Below are positions 55,779 to 64,000 of a DNA stretch of 64,000 nucleotides, piece by piece. Below the pieces are notes generated by a model. The model ran no database searches, was not told the origin of the DNA, and saw only the letters and a program-made list of their open reading frames with translations. The DNA comes from Cenarchaeum sp. (lineage in GTDB: Archaea > Thermoproteota > Nitrososphaeria > Nitrososphaerales > Nitrosopumilaceae), in assembly GCA_965206845.1 (NCBI GenBank), contig OZ242221.1:512001-576000 (forward strand), written 5' to 3'. Both the position numbers and the translations under genes were made by a program. The stretch's first letter is position 1, and each line of letters opens with the position of its first letter.

Positions 55779-57497
55779 CTAGTACTTTCTTGAGATGCTC
55801 TCCCAGCTGCCCCTCTCGTCGTTCACCCACAGGAACTTTTTTTGCAGCGCCGCCGTGTACGTCTTCTCCCGCAGGGACTTTTTCCGCAACGGCGTGCCAG
55901 TCTCCTCCCGCGGGGCATCCACCTTGTCGGCCCAGAACTTGAGTATTCTGGGATCGATGTAGTTTCGCAGGGATGTCCCCAGGTTGTAGTCCCTAGTCTC
56001 CTTGGCAAGTTCTATCTGAAGCTCGGCTTTCTTGATCTTTTCCTGTTGCGCCTCCTTCTTCCTTTGCACCGTTGCACGGAGTCTTTTGATGCGCTTGCGC
56101 CTTGCGGCTTTTTGCTTGTCCGTCTTGGGCTCAGATGCCTTAACATCCCTTAGGGTCTTCTGGTCCTTGGTCCAAGGCCTCTTACCCTTTAGTTCGGCCA
56201 GTTTGTAGCGCTTCTTCTGCAGTGACTGATCAAAGTTCTTTGGGATGGTTCTCTTGTGGTTGCACTTTTTTGCGGCCTCGAGGTTTGCCATCTTTACGTG
56301 ATGGAGTTTTTCATAGTCCGGGCTTGATCTTGCCTTGGTGTGCTTCTTGAGGTACTCGTTGACCACGGTGGATGCCAGGTATGTCCTGAACACCTTGGCA
56401 GTGAGGCCCTTGACGATGCCTGAAAAGTACTTGTTCACATGCCTTGAGGTGATGTCGTGGAAGATCTCATCCTTGGGCTTCTTGTCTGCCACCAGCAGTG
56501 CCAGGTTGTCCCGGAACTGCACGTCGTGGTCCACGGCAGGCACGGTCTTCTGCCACCGGACGCTGTCCTTCCCAAGAAAGTCAAACTTGATCGCATTCTG
56601 GGATATCCGGATGTGCTCCTTTCTCAGCGTGGTGGCGCCAACGGTGTCCGCCTCGTCAGATTCCTTCTCGTCACCCACCCTCATGGCGGTCCGGTATATC
56701 AGGTAGCATGCAGTCGCAATCCGGGCCTTCTTCTCATCGCCTCCCTTCATGTCGTGCACCATGCGCTCCTTGATCCTGTCTATCTCCTTTGAGAGATCGA
56801 TTGCCTTGTCGTACTTGCCCTTGTCCCTGTCCTGCTTGACCTTTGCGGTGTCTGCCAGCCAGACGTACTTTGCCTTCTTCGTCAGATCGTCCATCCAGCT
56901 GGCAAGCCATGTCGCGTCGCGGCGGTGGACTATCTCCTTCCAGTCCCCGGCGGGAACCGGAGCCTTTCTTCCCAGGTTAAGCGTCACGTCTGCTGGCGTC
57001 ACCCTGCGCTTCCATCTGCCCCTCAGCGGGTGCGCGCCGCGGCCGATGAATATTCCCGGGGGCTCTGCCATGTAGTTTCCCACCTCGACTGCCTGGCCGT
57101 CCATTACGGCCGTGCCGTACTCTGCCTTCATCCCCTCCCGGATCTCCTTTCTCTGCGCCGCCTGCTCCTTTCTCTTCTCCTTGGTCATCATGTCCCTTTT
57201 GTCCTTCTCCTGGTCCACCAGCCTGTAGGCGTCGGTAAAGTCGATCTCATCGTACCTGACGCCGTCAAGCTTTGGGTTCAGCGTCCGTGCAAAGTCTGCG
57301 GTAAAGTTGCTCTGAAACGTGAGATCCCGGGCATACGGCGTGTCCTTCTTCTTTGCCCACTGGTAGACCATCTCCTCCTGCAGTATGTCCAGATCAACCG
57401 GTTTGCCCCTTATCGCTATCTTTATCCCCTTTGACTCATAGGGCGGCGAGAAGAGTATCCCGTTGTGCTCAAGTGTCTTCCATTTCGTGCCCGGCAT
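55779..57497 (-). CDS. DNA topoisomerase IB (eukaryote-like); start at ATG 57497
   Basis: KWKTLEHNG, RGAHPLRG, MRVGDEK...ADTVG, FDFLGKDS, TAKVFRTY, CNH, GTSLRNYIDPR. Confidence 0.96.
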   Translation of the reverse strand: MPGTKWKTLEHNGILFSPPYESKGIKIAIRGKPVDLDILQEEMVYQWAKKKDTPYARDLTFQSNFTADFARTLNPKLDGVRYDEIDFTDAYRLVDQEKDKRDMMTKEKRKEQAAQRKEIREGMKAEYGTAVMDGQAVEVGNYMAEPPGIFIGRGAHPLRGRWKRRVTPADVTLNLGRKAPVPAGDWKEIVHRRDATWLASWMDDLTKKAKYVWLADTAKVKQDRDKGKYDKAIDLSKEIDRIKERMVHDMKGGDEKKARIATACYLIYRTAMRVGDEKESDEADTVGATTLRKEHIRISQNAIKFDFLGKDSVRWQKTVPAVDHDVQFRDNLALLVADKKPKDEIFHDITSRHVNKYFSGIVKGLTAKVFRTYLASTVVNEYLKKHTKARSSPDYEKLHHVKMANLEAAKKCNHKRTIPKNFDQSLQKKRYKLAELKGKRPWTKDQKTLRDVKASEPKTDKQKAARRKRIKRLRATVQRKKEAQQEKIKKAELQIELAKETRDYNLGTSLRNYIDPRILKFWADKVDAPREETGTPLRKKSLREKTYTAALQKKFLWVNDERGSWESISRKY

Positions 57498-57583
57498 CGA
57501 ACTCTTCAGCTGTGCCCTGAACACGATATATCAATATTTAACGGACACTCTTACGGATTCGGGCGGCCGTGCTGTGTGAGTGC

Positions 57584-58414
57584 CTACGAAGGGTTGAGCT
57601 CCTTCTTCAGGTAGTTCTCAAACTCCACGTCCGTCTTTGCCCTCCTGGCCTCCAGAAACATGGCCGCGTCGTTTCCCACCGTGTACCTCGGGGGCGGATT
57701 CTTGTCCCTGATGGCCCGCACGATGGTGCCTGCCACATCAGACGGCGGCGTTCCCAGCTCCGACATCATCTTTATGCCCGAGATCACGTTCTCGGTGATG
57801 CCCCTGTACGGCGAGTCTGGCCCGGGAGTTGCCACCCTCATGGCGTTAAAGAAGTTGGTCTTGATCACCCCGGGCTCGATTATTATCACCTTTATGCCAA
57901 AGCTGTCCAGCTCGTACCGCAGGCTCTCGCTGAGCCCCTCCAGAGCGAACTTTGAGCTGATATACGCAGGAGTGCCTGGAAAGCCTATGCGGCCGGCAAC
58001 TGAGCTCACGTTCACTATGTGGCCACCGCCGTTTCTCCTCATTACGGGAGCCGCCTTCTGGATCATCCTGATGACGCCAAAGAAGTTGGTCTCAAACTGC
58101 TCCCTGAACTCCTTCACGGTGAGATCCTCCACGGTGCCGAAGATCACGTAGCCTGCATTGTTTACCAGCACGTCCACCCTGTCCTTCTCCGAGACGATCC
58201 TGTCCATGGCAGAGTCAATGGAGCTTGCGCTGTCCACATCCAGCTCCACTACCGATATGTTCAGGTTCTCCTCCTTGGCCGCATCAAGTATCTTGTCACC
58301 CCGGGATGCGTTCCTCATGGTGGCGTAGGTAAAGTACCCCTCCCTTGCCAGCGCCAGTGCCGTCTCGTAACCGATGCCGCTAGAGCAGCCTGTGACCACT
58401 GCCACCTTGTCCAT
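57584..58414 (-). CDS. Short-chain dehydrogenase/reductase
   Basis: TGCSSGIG, NNAG, YISSK. Confidence 0.95.
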   Translation of the reverse strand: MDKVAVVTGCSSGIGYETALALAREGYFTYATMRNASRGDKILDAAKEENLNISVVELDVDSASSIDSAMDRIVSEKDRVDVLVNNAGYVIFGTVEDLTVKEFREQFETNFFGVIRMIQKAAPVMRRNGGGHIVNVSSVAGRIGFPGTPAYISSKFALEGLSESLRYELDSFGIKVIIIEPGVIKTNFFNAMRVATPGPDSPYRGITENVISGIKMMSELGTPPSDVAGTIVRAIRDKNPPPRYTVGNDAAMFLEARRAKTDVEFENYLKKELNPS

Positions 58415-58579
58415 GATCTACGGCACCCCCAGCGCTATTTATGTTGGTGGCAGTGGACCCGAGAAACTGTCAGAAGTGTTCTGGGCGACCCAACCTTGTA
58501 CTGGACCCGCCCGGCCGGCACCCGCGCAGCAGATGTCCGGATGCCTGATGTCTTGAACTTCTGGCATCAGCAACCGGGG

Positions 58580-61087
58580 CTAGACCAGCGCCCGGTCATC
58601 TTGCGCGGGGGCCGTGAGCTTGGTCGGTTCGCCTGCGTTTATGCGCCGCAGTATCTCCAGCGCAGAGCACCTATGGAGAAAGTCGTTGTTGTTTCCGCAC
58701 CGGTATGAGAAGGTGCACCTGGGACAGCCCTTGCGGTGGCTGCAGGAGCAGTCTGCCGCTATGCGCATGCTTCGGGCCAGCGCCTCCTCCAGCCTGTCGT
58801 ATAGCGCCCAGCTGGCCCCGTTTCCGCCCACCGCCCCGTCGTACACGAATATGAGTCCCGAGGTGCCCAGGGAGATGCCGCCCAGATCCCTCGAGGCGCC
58901 GCCGGTGATCATGTTGCTCCCCTCTATTATGATGTGCTCGGCGGCATGGTATCCGCCGGCCTCCACGTACCCGGCATCCTCGGACTCTGCGATCGAGTCC
59001 AGCGGCCTTGGCGCGTGAAAGACGATCCCCTTTGTCACCAGATCGTACTCGAGGGGCTCATCCAGTGAGACCGCCTCTCCCTGATCCGCGTCCTGTCCCA
59101 GAGCGATCTTCAGGTACCCGCCAACGGTCTTTCTTATGCGCAGTCCGCAGAATGCAACCTCCATGCCAAAGACGCTTCGCGTCTCGTAGATGTCATCGAT
59201 CGTGGGCCTCTCCGAGGTCAGCGCCTTGGTGTAGTATGAATGGTCCTCTGGGATCCTCTGCAGGCGGGCGCTCATCCCGTCGGGATAGTCAAGTCCTGCG
59301 ACAAGGTATCTCCTTCCGGCAAGAAAGTAGATGGCTCCACTGTGTAGCTCCTCAAGCGCGGTGGGAAGGGCCCTGTGCCCCAGTCTTTTGCCGTCAAGCG
59401 TGATGTAGACCGAGCTGCCTATTCCGCGTATGTTGTACTCCCCCAGCAGTTTTTGCGCCTTGCGGCTCGGCACGTACAGGCTGCCTGCTCTCCGCAAGTT
59501 TCCCGCCCGTACCTGTTCTTGCAGCGTCGCATCGTGTCCCGGCATCTCACCTGCGCGGATGGGCCTGTCGCAGGCCATGGCCAGTATCTGAAGCCGTTCC
59601 ACGAAGGGGTTCTTGGGATCTATGTAGGCCTTCTCCACATCGGTAAAATAGTCTCCCGGGTGGTTGCCATAGTACTGCGAGATGGGGTCGTCCCCCAGTG
59701 CCAGGAACGCGTATCCCCGCTGGCCCTTCCGGGCTGCCCTGCCCATCCTCTGCATCAGCCGGTTGATTGGAACCGGGGAGGATATCACGCCGTCCACGCT
59801 GCCTATGTCGATTCCCAGCTCCAGTGTGGATGTAGAGGAGATGGCCTGCAGTCTCCCGCTGCGAAACTCGCTCTCCACCAGGTTTCTGTACCCGGGGTTC
59901 AATCCGGCCCTGTGCACCATGATGTTTATGCCGGCATTCTTTGCCTGCATGGCAAACAGCTCCACGCTCCGGTGCGTGTTGTTGAAGATTATGGTTCTGT
60001 GCCTGCCTTGTGTAAGCCTTTTTGCCACATCCACCATCAGGCTGCTCCGCTTTCGCAGGGTTGGAAGTATCATCGCAAACTCGATGCTGCCCCTCCTCCC
60101 GGAGCCGCAGACATGCCTCATCTCCGTGCCGAAGAGCCGCCGGCAGAACTCTGCCGCGTTGTCCAGCGTGGCCGACGCGGCGACAAACTGCATTCCTGCG
60201 GCGATTCTGCCCAGCCGCTTTATCACATAGTGCACGTTTGAGCCAAAGATTCCCGAGTATGTGTGCACCTCGTCTGCAACCAGAAACCTGGCCGTTCCCA
60301 GAAGCGACGCAAGTCCTGTTCGGTGGCACATATGGTAGTGGAGGACATCAAAGTTTGTGATCAGCATCTGTGGAGGGCGGTTCATGATCTTCCGCCGCTC
60401 GGCATCAGGCGTATCCCCGTCAAACACCTCTGCCCTGATCCCCAGCCTCTCTGCATACCTCCTGATCTTTGGAAGCTGGTCCCTGGCAAGGGCCTTTGTG
60501 GGGTACACCAGCAGCGCCAGAATCCCCTCCTGCAGGCCGCGTCCGGCGATACTCTGCAGGATTGGCACCACAAAGGCCTCGGTCTTGCCGGATGCCGTGG
60601 GCGACTCGATTACCACGTTGTCGCCGGCAATTATGCCGCGCACCGCCTCCTCCTGAAACCGGTAGAGGCGCTCTATTCCCGAGTCGGCCAGGCCCTGCAC
60701 TATGCCCGGGTTCAGTCCTAGGTCGTCCACGCGGGAGCCCATCTCCGGCGGGGGGCTGTCCATCCTGCGGTAGTCGGAGATGTAGTCCTTTTGGGACTGC
60801 AACACGGCCAGCGTGAGCTTGTCAGGCTTCAGGCTGCCGATCATCTCCCTTATCTCGGCCTCTGACCTGACCTTCCCTGCAGATACAGGGTCGGGATCAC
60901 CGGCATCCCTCTCTCCGATCTCCCCGCGATCAAACCTGTACAGAAAGTCTAGGTACACCTCGTCGTGGTTCCTGTTGTATTCCAGCACGGCCCCAAGGCC
61001 GCAGCCCGGGCACGACACCGTTGCCTTCCCGTCGGCCGGCCCGATATCCAACCTGGCTCTGCAGTCAGGACACAGAAATCTCTGCAA
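58580..61087 (-). CDS. SF2 DEAD/DEAH helicase with N-terminal Zn ribbon and C-terminal DUF1998 (Hrq1/MrfA-like)
   Basis: PTASGKT, DEVH, SAT, TLELGIDIG, QRMGRAAR, YDGAVGGNG, CSC...GCPRC. Confidence 0.92.
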   Translation of the reverse strand: MQRFLCPDCRARLDIGPADGKATVSCPGCGLGAVLEYNRNHDEVYLDFLYRFDRGEIGERDAGDPDPVSAGKVRSEAEIREMIGSLKPDKLTLAVLQSQKDYISDYRRMDSPPPEMGSRVDDLGLNPGIVQGLADSGIERLYRFQEEAVRGIIAGDNVVIESPTASGKTEAFVVPILQSIAGRGLQEGILALLVYPTKALARDQLPKIRRYAERLGIRAEVFDGDTPDAERRKIMNRPPQMLITNFDVLHYHMCHRTGLASLLGTARFLVADEVHTYSGIFGSNVHYVIKRLGRIAAGMQFVAASATLDNAAEFCRRLFGTEMRHVCGSGRRGSIEFAMILPTLRKRSSLMVDVAKRLTQGRHRTIIFNNTHRSVELFAMQAKNAGINIMVHRAGLNPGYRNLVESEFRSGRLQAISSTSTLELGIDIGSVDGVISSPVPINRLMQRMGRAARKGQRGYAFLALGDDPISQYYGNHPGDYFTDVEKAYIDPKNPFVERLQILAMACDRPIRAGEMPGHDATLQEQVRAGNLRRAGSLYVPSRKAQKLLGEYNIRGIGSSVYITLDGKRLGHRALPTALEELHSGAIYFLAGRRYLVAGLDYPDGMSARLQRIPEDHSYYTKALTSERPTIDDIYETRSVFGMEVAFCGLRIRKTVGGYLKIALGQDADQGEAVSLDEPLEYDLVTKGIVFHAPRPLDSIAESEDAGYVEAGGYHAAEHIIIEGSNMITGGASRDLGGISLGTSGLIFVYDGAVGGNGASWALYDRLEEALARSMRIAADCSCSHRKGCPRCTFSYRCGNNNDFLHRCSALEILRRINAGEPTKLTAPAQDDRALV

Positions 61088-61328
61088 TGCATGGCATGCA
61101 TCATGCTCTGAATTTATTGTTTGGAGCCACGGTACGGAAAGGGAGGATCATATGCCTGACCCTGCAGGGAACAGGCCTTGTTCTGGCGACCCCGCCCACC
61201 CTGATCCTTGCGCGATGCAGCCATGTCCGCGCCAGCCGACGCGGCCGGTGTGCATGGCAGCGCCGCGATCGGCTGCCACCGTAGTCACGCATGCCTCTTT
61301 AATACCACACCGACAAAGGAGGATTGGA

Positions 61329-63476
61329 ATGCACGGCGCGCGGGATATTGTCGACAACGGGCTGCTGTTGGCAGATGAGGGGAAGCCGGAGGCACTGGAT
61401 CTCTACAACAGGGCAATCCAGCTGGATCCCGGCTTCTTCCCCGCTTATTTTCACAAGGGGGAGCTGCTGCATGATCTTGAAATGTATGGCAAGGCGGTAG
61501 AGTGCTTTGACAAAGCAATAGAGTTGAAGCCCAGCAATGTCACGGCGCATTTCAGAAAAGGACTGGCGCTGCATGAGATGGGGGACTATCCTGCGGCAGT
61601 AGAGAGCTTTGACACGGCAATAGAGCAGCATCCAAACAGCGCCATCATGCATGTCCAAAAGGGGCTATCCCTCTATGAGAATGAGGATTACCGTGCTGCC
61701 GTAAAGTGCTTTGACAGGTCGATATCCTTGGATCCAAACGACCCGTTTGCGTACGACATCAAGGGAAGGTCGCTGTATGAGCTGGAGGATCACAGGGGGG
61801 CAGTGGAGTGCTTTGACAGGTCACTCCATCTGGAACCGGACGACTCCCTCACGCACATAGATAGGGGAATGGCGCTGTGCGAGCTGGAAGACTACAGGTC
61901 CGCAATAGGAAGTTTTGACAGGGCAATATCCCTTGATCCAGATGATGCGAGCGCATACACCCACAAGGGAGAGGCGCTACTCGAGCTTGGGGAGTATGCG
62001 GCCGCTGTGAAGTGCTTTGACAGGTCGATATCTCTTGATCCAGGTGACGCAGGCGCATACATACACAAGGGAGAGGCGCTACACGAGCTTGGGGAGTATG
62101 CGGCCGCTGTGAAGTGCTTTGACAGGTCGATATCTCTTGATCCAGGTGACGCAGGCGCATACATCCACAAGGGGAGTTCCCTGCAAGAGCTGGAAAGCCA
62201 TGATGCCGCATTGAAGTGCTTTGAGAGAGCAATAGGACTGGAACCGGACAACAAGTATGCCCACCTAGAGAAGGGCATGTCCCTGAGCGATCAGGAAGAT
62301 TACCGCGCCGCCTTGGAGAGCATCGATGTGGCAATCGGCCTTGATCCAAGTGACTCGCTGGCGCACGGCTTCAAGGGAACGATCCTCCATGAGATGGAGG
62401 ACTACAAGGGTGCGGTGGAGAGCTTTGATGCGGCAATCAGGATTGAGGCAAATAATTCCTCCCATCACATGAACAGGGGAGCATCACTGCACGAGATGAG
62501 AGATTACAGTGGGGCGGTGGAGAGCTTTGATGCGGCAATCAGGCTGGATCCAAATGACGCCCACCTGCACTACAAAAAGGGGGAATCCCTGTACGGCTTT
62601 GGGGAATACGGCGCCGCCGTGAAGTGTTTTGATGCGGCAATCAGGATTGATCCAACAAATGCCCATGTGCACTGGATCAGGGGGGCTTCCCTGTATAAGA
62701 TGGAAGACCGCCCGGAGGCAATCAAGTGCTATGACGAGGCGCTCAGGATTGATCCAAAATACAGTCTTGCGCGCATCCTCAAGTCGGTCTGTCTTTTGGA
62801 TGTCGGCAGTCCGGAGGAGGCCCTGGAAGCACTGGAGGGCGTGGAGAACAAGGTGGGGGATCCCAGCATGTCGTGGGCCATACTCCACAAGGCAAAAGTC
62901 CTTTACGCCTTGGGCAGGCCGGACGGCGCCATTGCCAACCTGGGCATGATTGAGGATGGAGATCCGCTCTATGCCGACGCTCTACTTGAAAAGGGCATAA
63001 TCAATGACGAGTACTACGAGGTCAGCAGGGAGCAGGCCAAGCTTGATGAGGCCACACGCTGCTACAGTGCAGCCATGGCAGCAAGACCGGGCTTTGACGA
63101 ACTGCTGTACAAGAACGGACTGCTGTTCTACAAGTATGGCAGGACTGAGGATGCAGTGGAGAGCTTTAATGGCGCAATCAAGCTGAGGCCGATCTTTCCA
63201 GATGCCATAAATGCCATGGGAAGGGCGCTCAACGATCTGGGACGGCATGAGGACGCCATACAGTATCTCGAGGCGGCAATCAGGCTAAAGCCCGGCTTTG
63301 CAGAGGCCGTCTACAACAAGGCAGACATCATGCGCAGCATTGGCATGGTTGAAGAGTCCGCGGGGTTTCTTGACGAGGCGGTTCGGTTGGATCCCAGCCT
63401 TCGGAACCACGAGGGCATAAGGCGCATGTTGGACGAGAGGCCGGGGTTTAAGCGTAGAACTCGCGGCAAGAAATAG
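61329..63476 (+). CDS. Large TPR-repeat protein (start reassigned to ATG 61329)
   Basis: Many consecutive 34-aa units of the form KG..L..L..Y..AV.CFD.AI.LDP. Confidence 0.93.
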   Translation: MHGARDIVDNGLLLADEGKPEALDLYNRAIQLDPGFFPAYFHKGELLHDLEMYGKAVECFDKAIELKPSNVTAHFRKGLALHEMGDYPAAVESFDTAIEQHPNSAIMHVQKGLSLYENEDYRAAVKCFDRSISLDPNDPFAYDIKGRSLYELEDHRGAVECFDRSLHLEPDDSLTHIDRGMALCELEDYRSAIGSFDRAISLDPDDASAYTHKGEALLELGEYAAAVKCFDRSISLDPGDAGAYIHKGEALHELGEYAAAVKCFDRSISLDPGDAGAYIHKGSSLQELESHDAALKCFERAIGLEPDNKYAHLEKGMSLSDQEDYRAALESIDVAIGLDPSDSLAHGFKGTILHEMEDYKGAVESFDAAIRIEANNSSHHMNRGASLHEMRDYSGAVESFDAAIRLDPNDAHLHYKKGESLYGFGEYGAAVKCFDAAIRIDPTNAHVHWIRGASLYKMEDRPEAIKCYDEALRIDPKYSLARILKSVCLLDVGSPEEALEALEGVENKVGDPSMSWAILHKAKVLYALGRPDGAIANLGMIEDGDPLYADALLEKGIINDEYYEVSREQAKLDEATRCYSAAMAARPGFDELLYKNGLLFYKYGRTEDAVESFNGAIKLRPIFPDAINAMGRALNDLGRHEDAIQYLEAAIRLKPGFAEAVYNKADIMRSIGMVEESAGFLDEAVRLDPSLRNHEGIRRMLDERPGFKRRTRGKK
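61952..62173. repeat. Recent 102-bp tandem duplication of one TPR unit
   Basis: Near-identical DNA encoding AY.HKGEAL.ELGEYAAAVKCFDRSISLDPGDAG twice. Confidence 0.88.
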
Positions 63477-63565
63477 ACGGCCGCCGGCTCCCTGCGTGTA
63501 GGCATCTGGGGGAACTCTCGTGCCATGTCTTACGACTTTTTTAGGGGGGCCTACCAGTGTCCAGC

Positions 63566-64000
63566 ATGGAAGTGGATTGCATATACCACGAAGACTGCAT
63601 AGAAGGCATGCAAAAGATTCCCCCGGGGTCGGCGGATCTGGTGATCACAGATCCGCCATTTGCGATAGGGTTTGGGGCCGCCAAGGCCAACTACAACCGC
63701 ACCGCGTCACGCGTTATGCAGGGGTACAATGAGATTGGAGCCCCAGAATACTACGACTTCACCATGGACTGGATGCGCCAGGCATACAGGATCCTAAAGG
63801 ACTCGGGCAGCATGTACGTCTTCTCTGGCTGGAACAACCTCAAAGACGTGCTGCGGGCGCTTGACGACGTGGGGTTCGTAACCGTAAACCACATCATCTG
63901 GAAGTACCAGTTTGGGGTCGTCACAAAAAGGAAGTTTGTGACATCGCACTATCACTGCCTTTACGTCTGCAAAAACGAGAAGATGAGGTGCTTTTACCCG
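63566..64000 (+). CDS. DNA N6-adenine/N4-cytosine methyltransferase (beta-class order), runs off the window end
   Basis: Manual translation MEVDCIYHEDCIEGMQKIPPGSADLVITDPPF...AYRILKDSGSMYVF...NHIIWKY. Confidence 0.9.
   Translation, partial: MEVDCIYHEDCIEGMQKIPPGSADLVITDPPFAIGFGAAKANYNRTASRVMQGYNEIGAPEYYDFTMDWMRQAYRILKDSGSMYVFSGWNNLKDVLRALDDVGFVTVNHIIWKYQFGVVTKRKFVTSHYHCLYVCKNEKMRCFYP

Noticed and set aside
42290-57497. Fused Rpo1 and eukaryote-like topoisomerase IB as novelties
   Set aside because: Both are established traits of Thaumarchaeota; used here only as taxonomic markers
60813-61328. ORF-track N-terminal extension of the TPR protein
   Set aside because: Overlaps the helicase gene on the opposite strand and has non-protein-like composition; ATG 61329 follows a TTTAATA box
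58580-64000. DUF1998 helicase + TPR + DNA methyltransferase as a DISARM-like defence island
   Set aside because: The helicase is a single-chain Hrq1/MrfA-like protein transcribed divergently, and no drmA/B/C or nuclease partners are visible; the methyltransferase context is cut by the window edge

Overview
Archaeal chromosomal segment from a GC-rich member of the Thaumarchaeota/Nitrososphaerota (Nitrosopumilaceae-like). This assignment rests on a fused Rpo1 (A'+A''), a type IB topoisomerase and archaeal ribosomal, RNAP and aminoacyl-tRNA synthetase clusters; a host-associated lifestyle is an inference only. The backbone is housekeeping: argF-ftsY-pfdA, sod, pckA, rpl32e/rpl19e, secE-spt5-rpl11, rpl1-rplP0, rpl12, alaS-leuS, rpoH-B-A, rpl30e-nusA-rps12-rps7, topoisomerase IB and two intron-containing tRNAs. 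It is densely peppered with mobile DNA. The main finding is a 1,829-bp element at 2372-4200 whose only gene is a large TnpB-like RuvC nuclease with an intact D-E-D triad. It is bounded by 25-bp terminal inverted repeats (GGGAATTATATA...) and an exact 8-bp target-site duplication (TATTTAAA). These are the ends of a DDE-type element (IS1595/ISNwi1-like), not of the IS200/IS605 or IS607 elements that normally carry TnpB. Also present are two damaged IS5-family (IS903-like) elements, at least four distinct MITE families, several micro-proteins below the ORF-track cutoff, a perfectly repeated Arg/Asp/Pro/Ser tail, an orphan ParB-like gene and a ChuX/HutX-like gene. All calls come from reading the sequence; no database searches were run.
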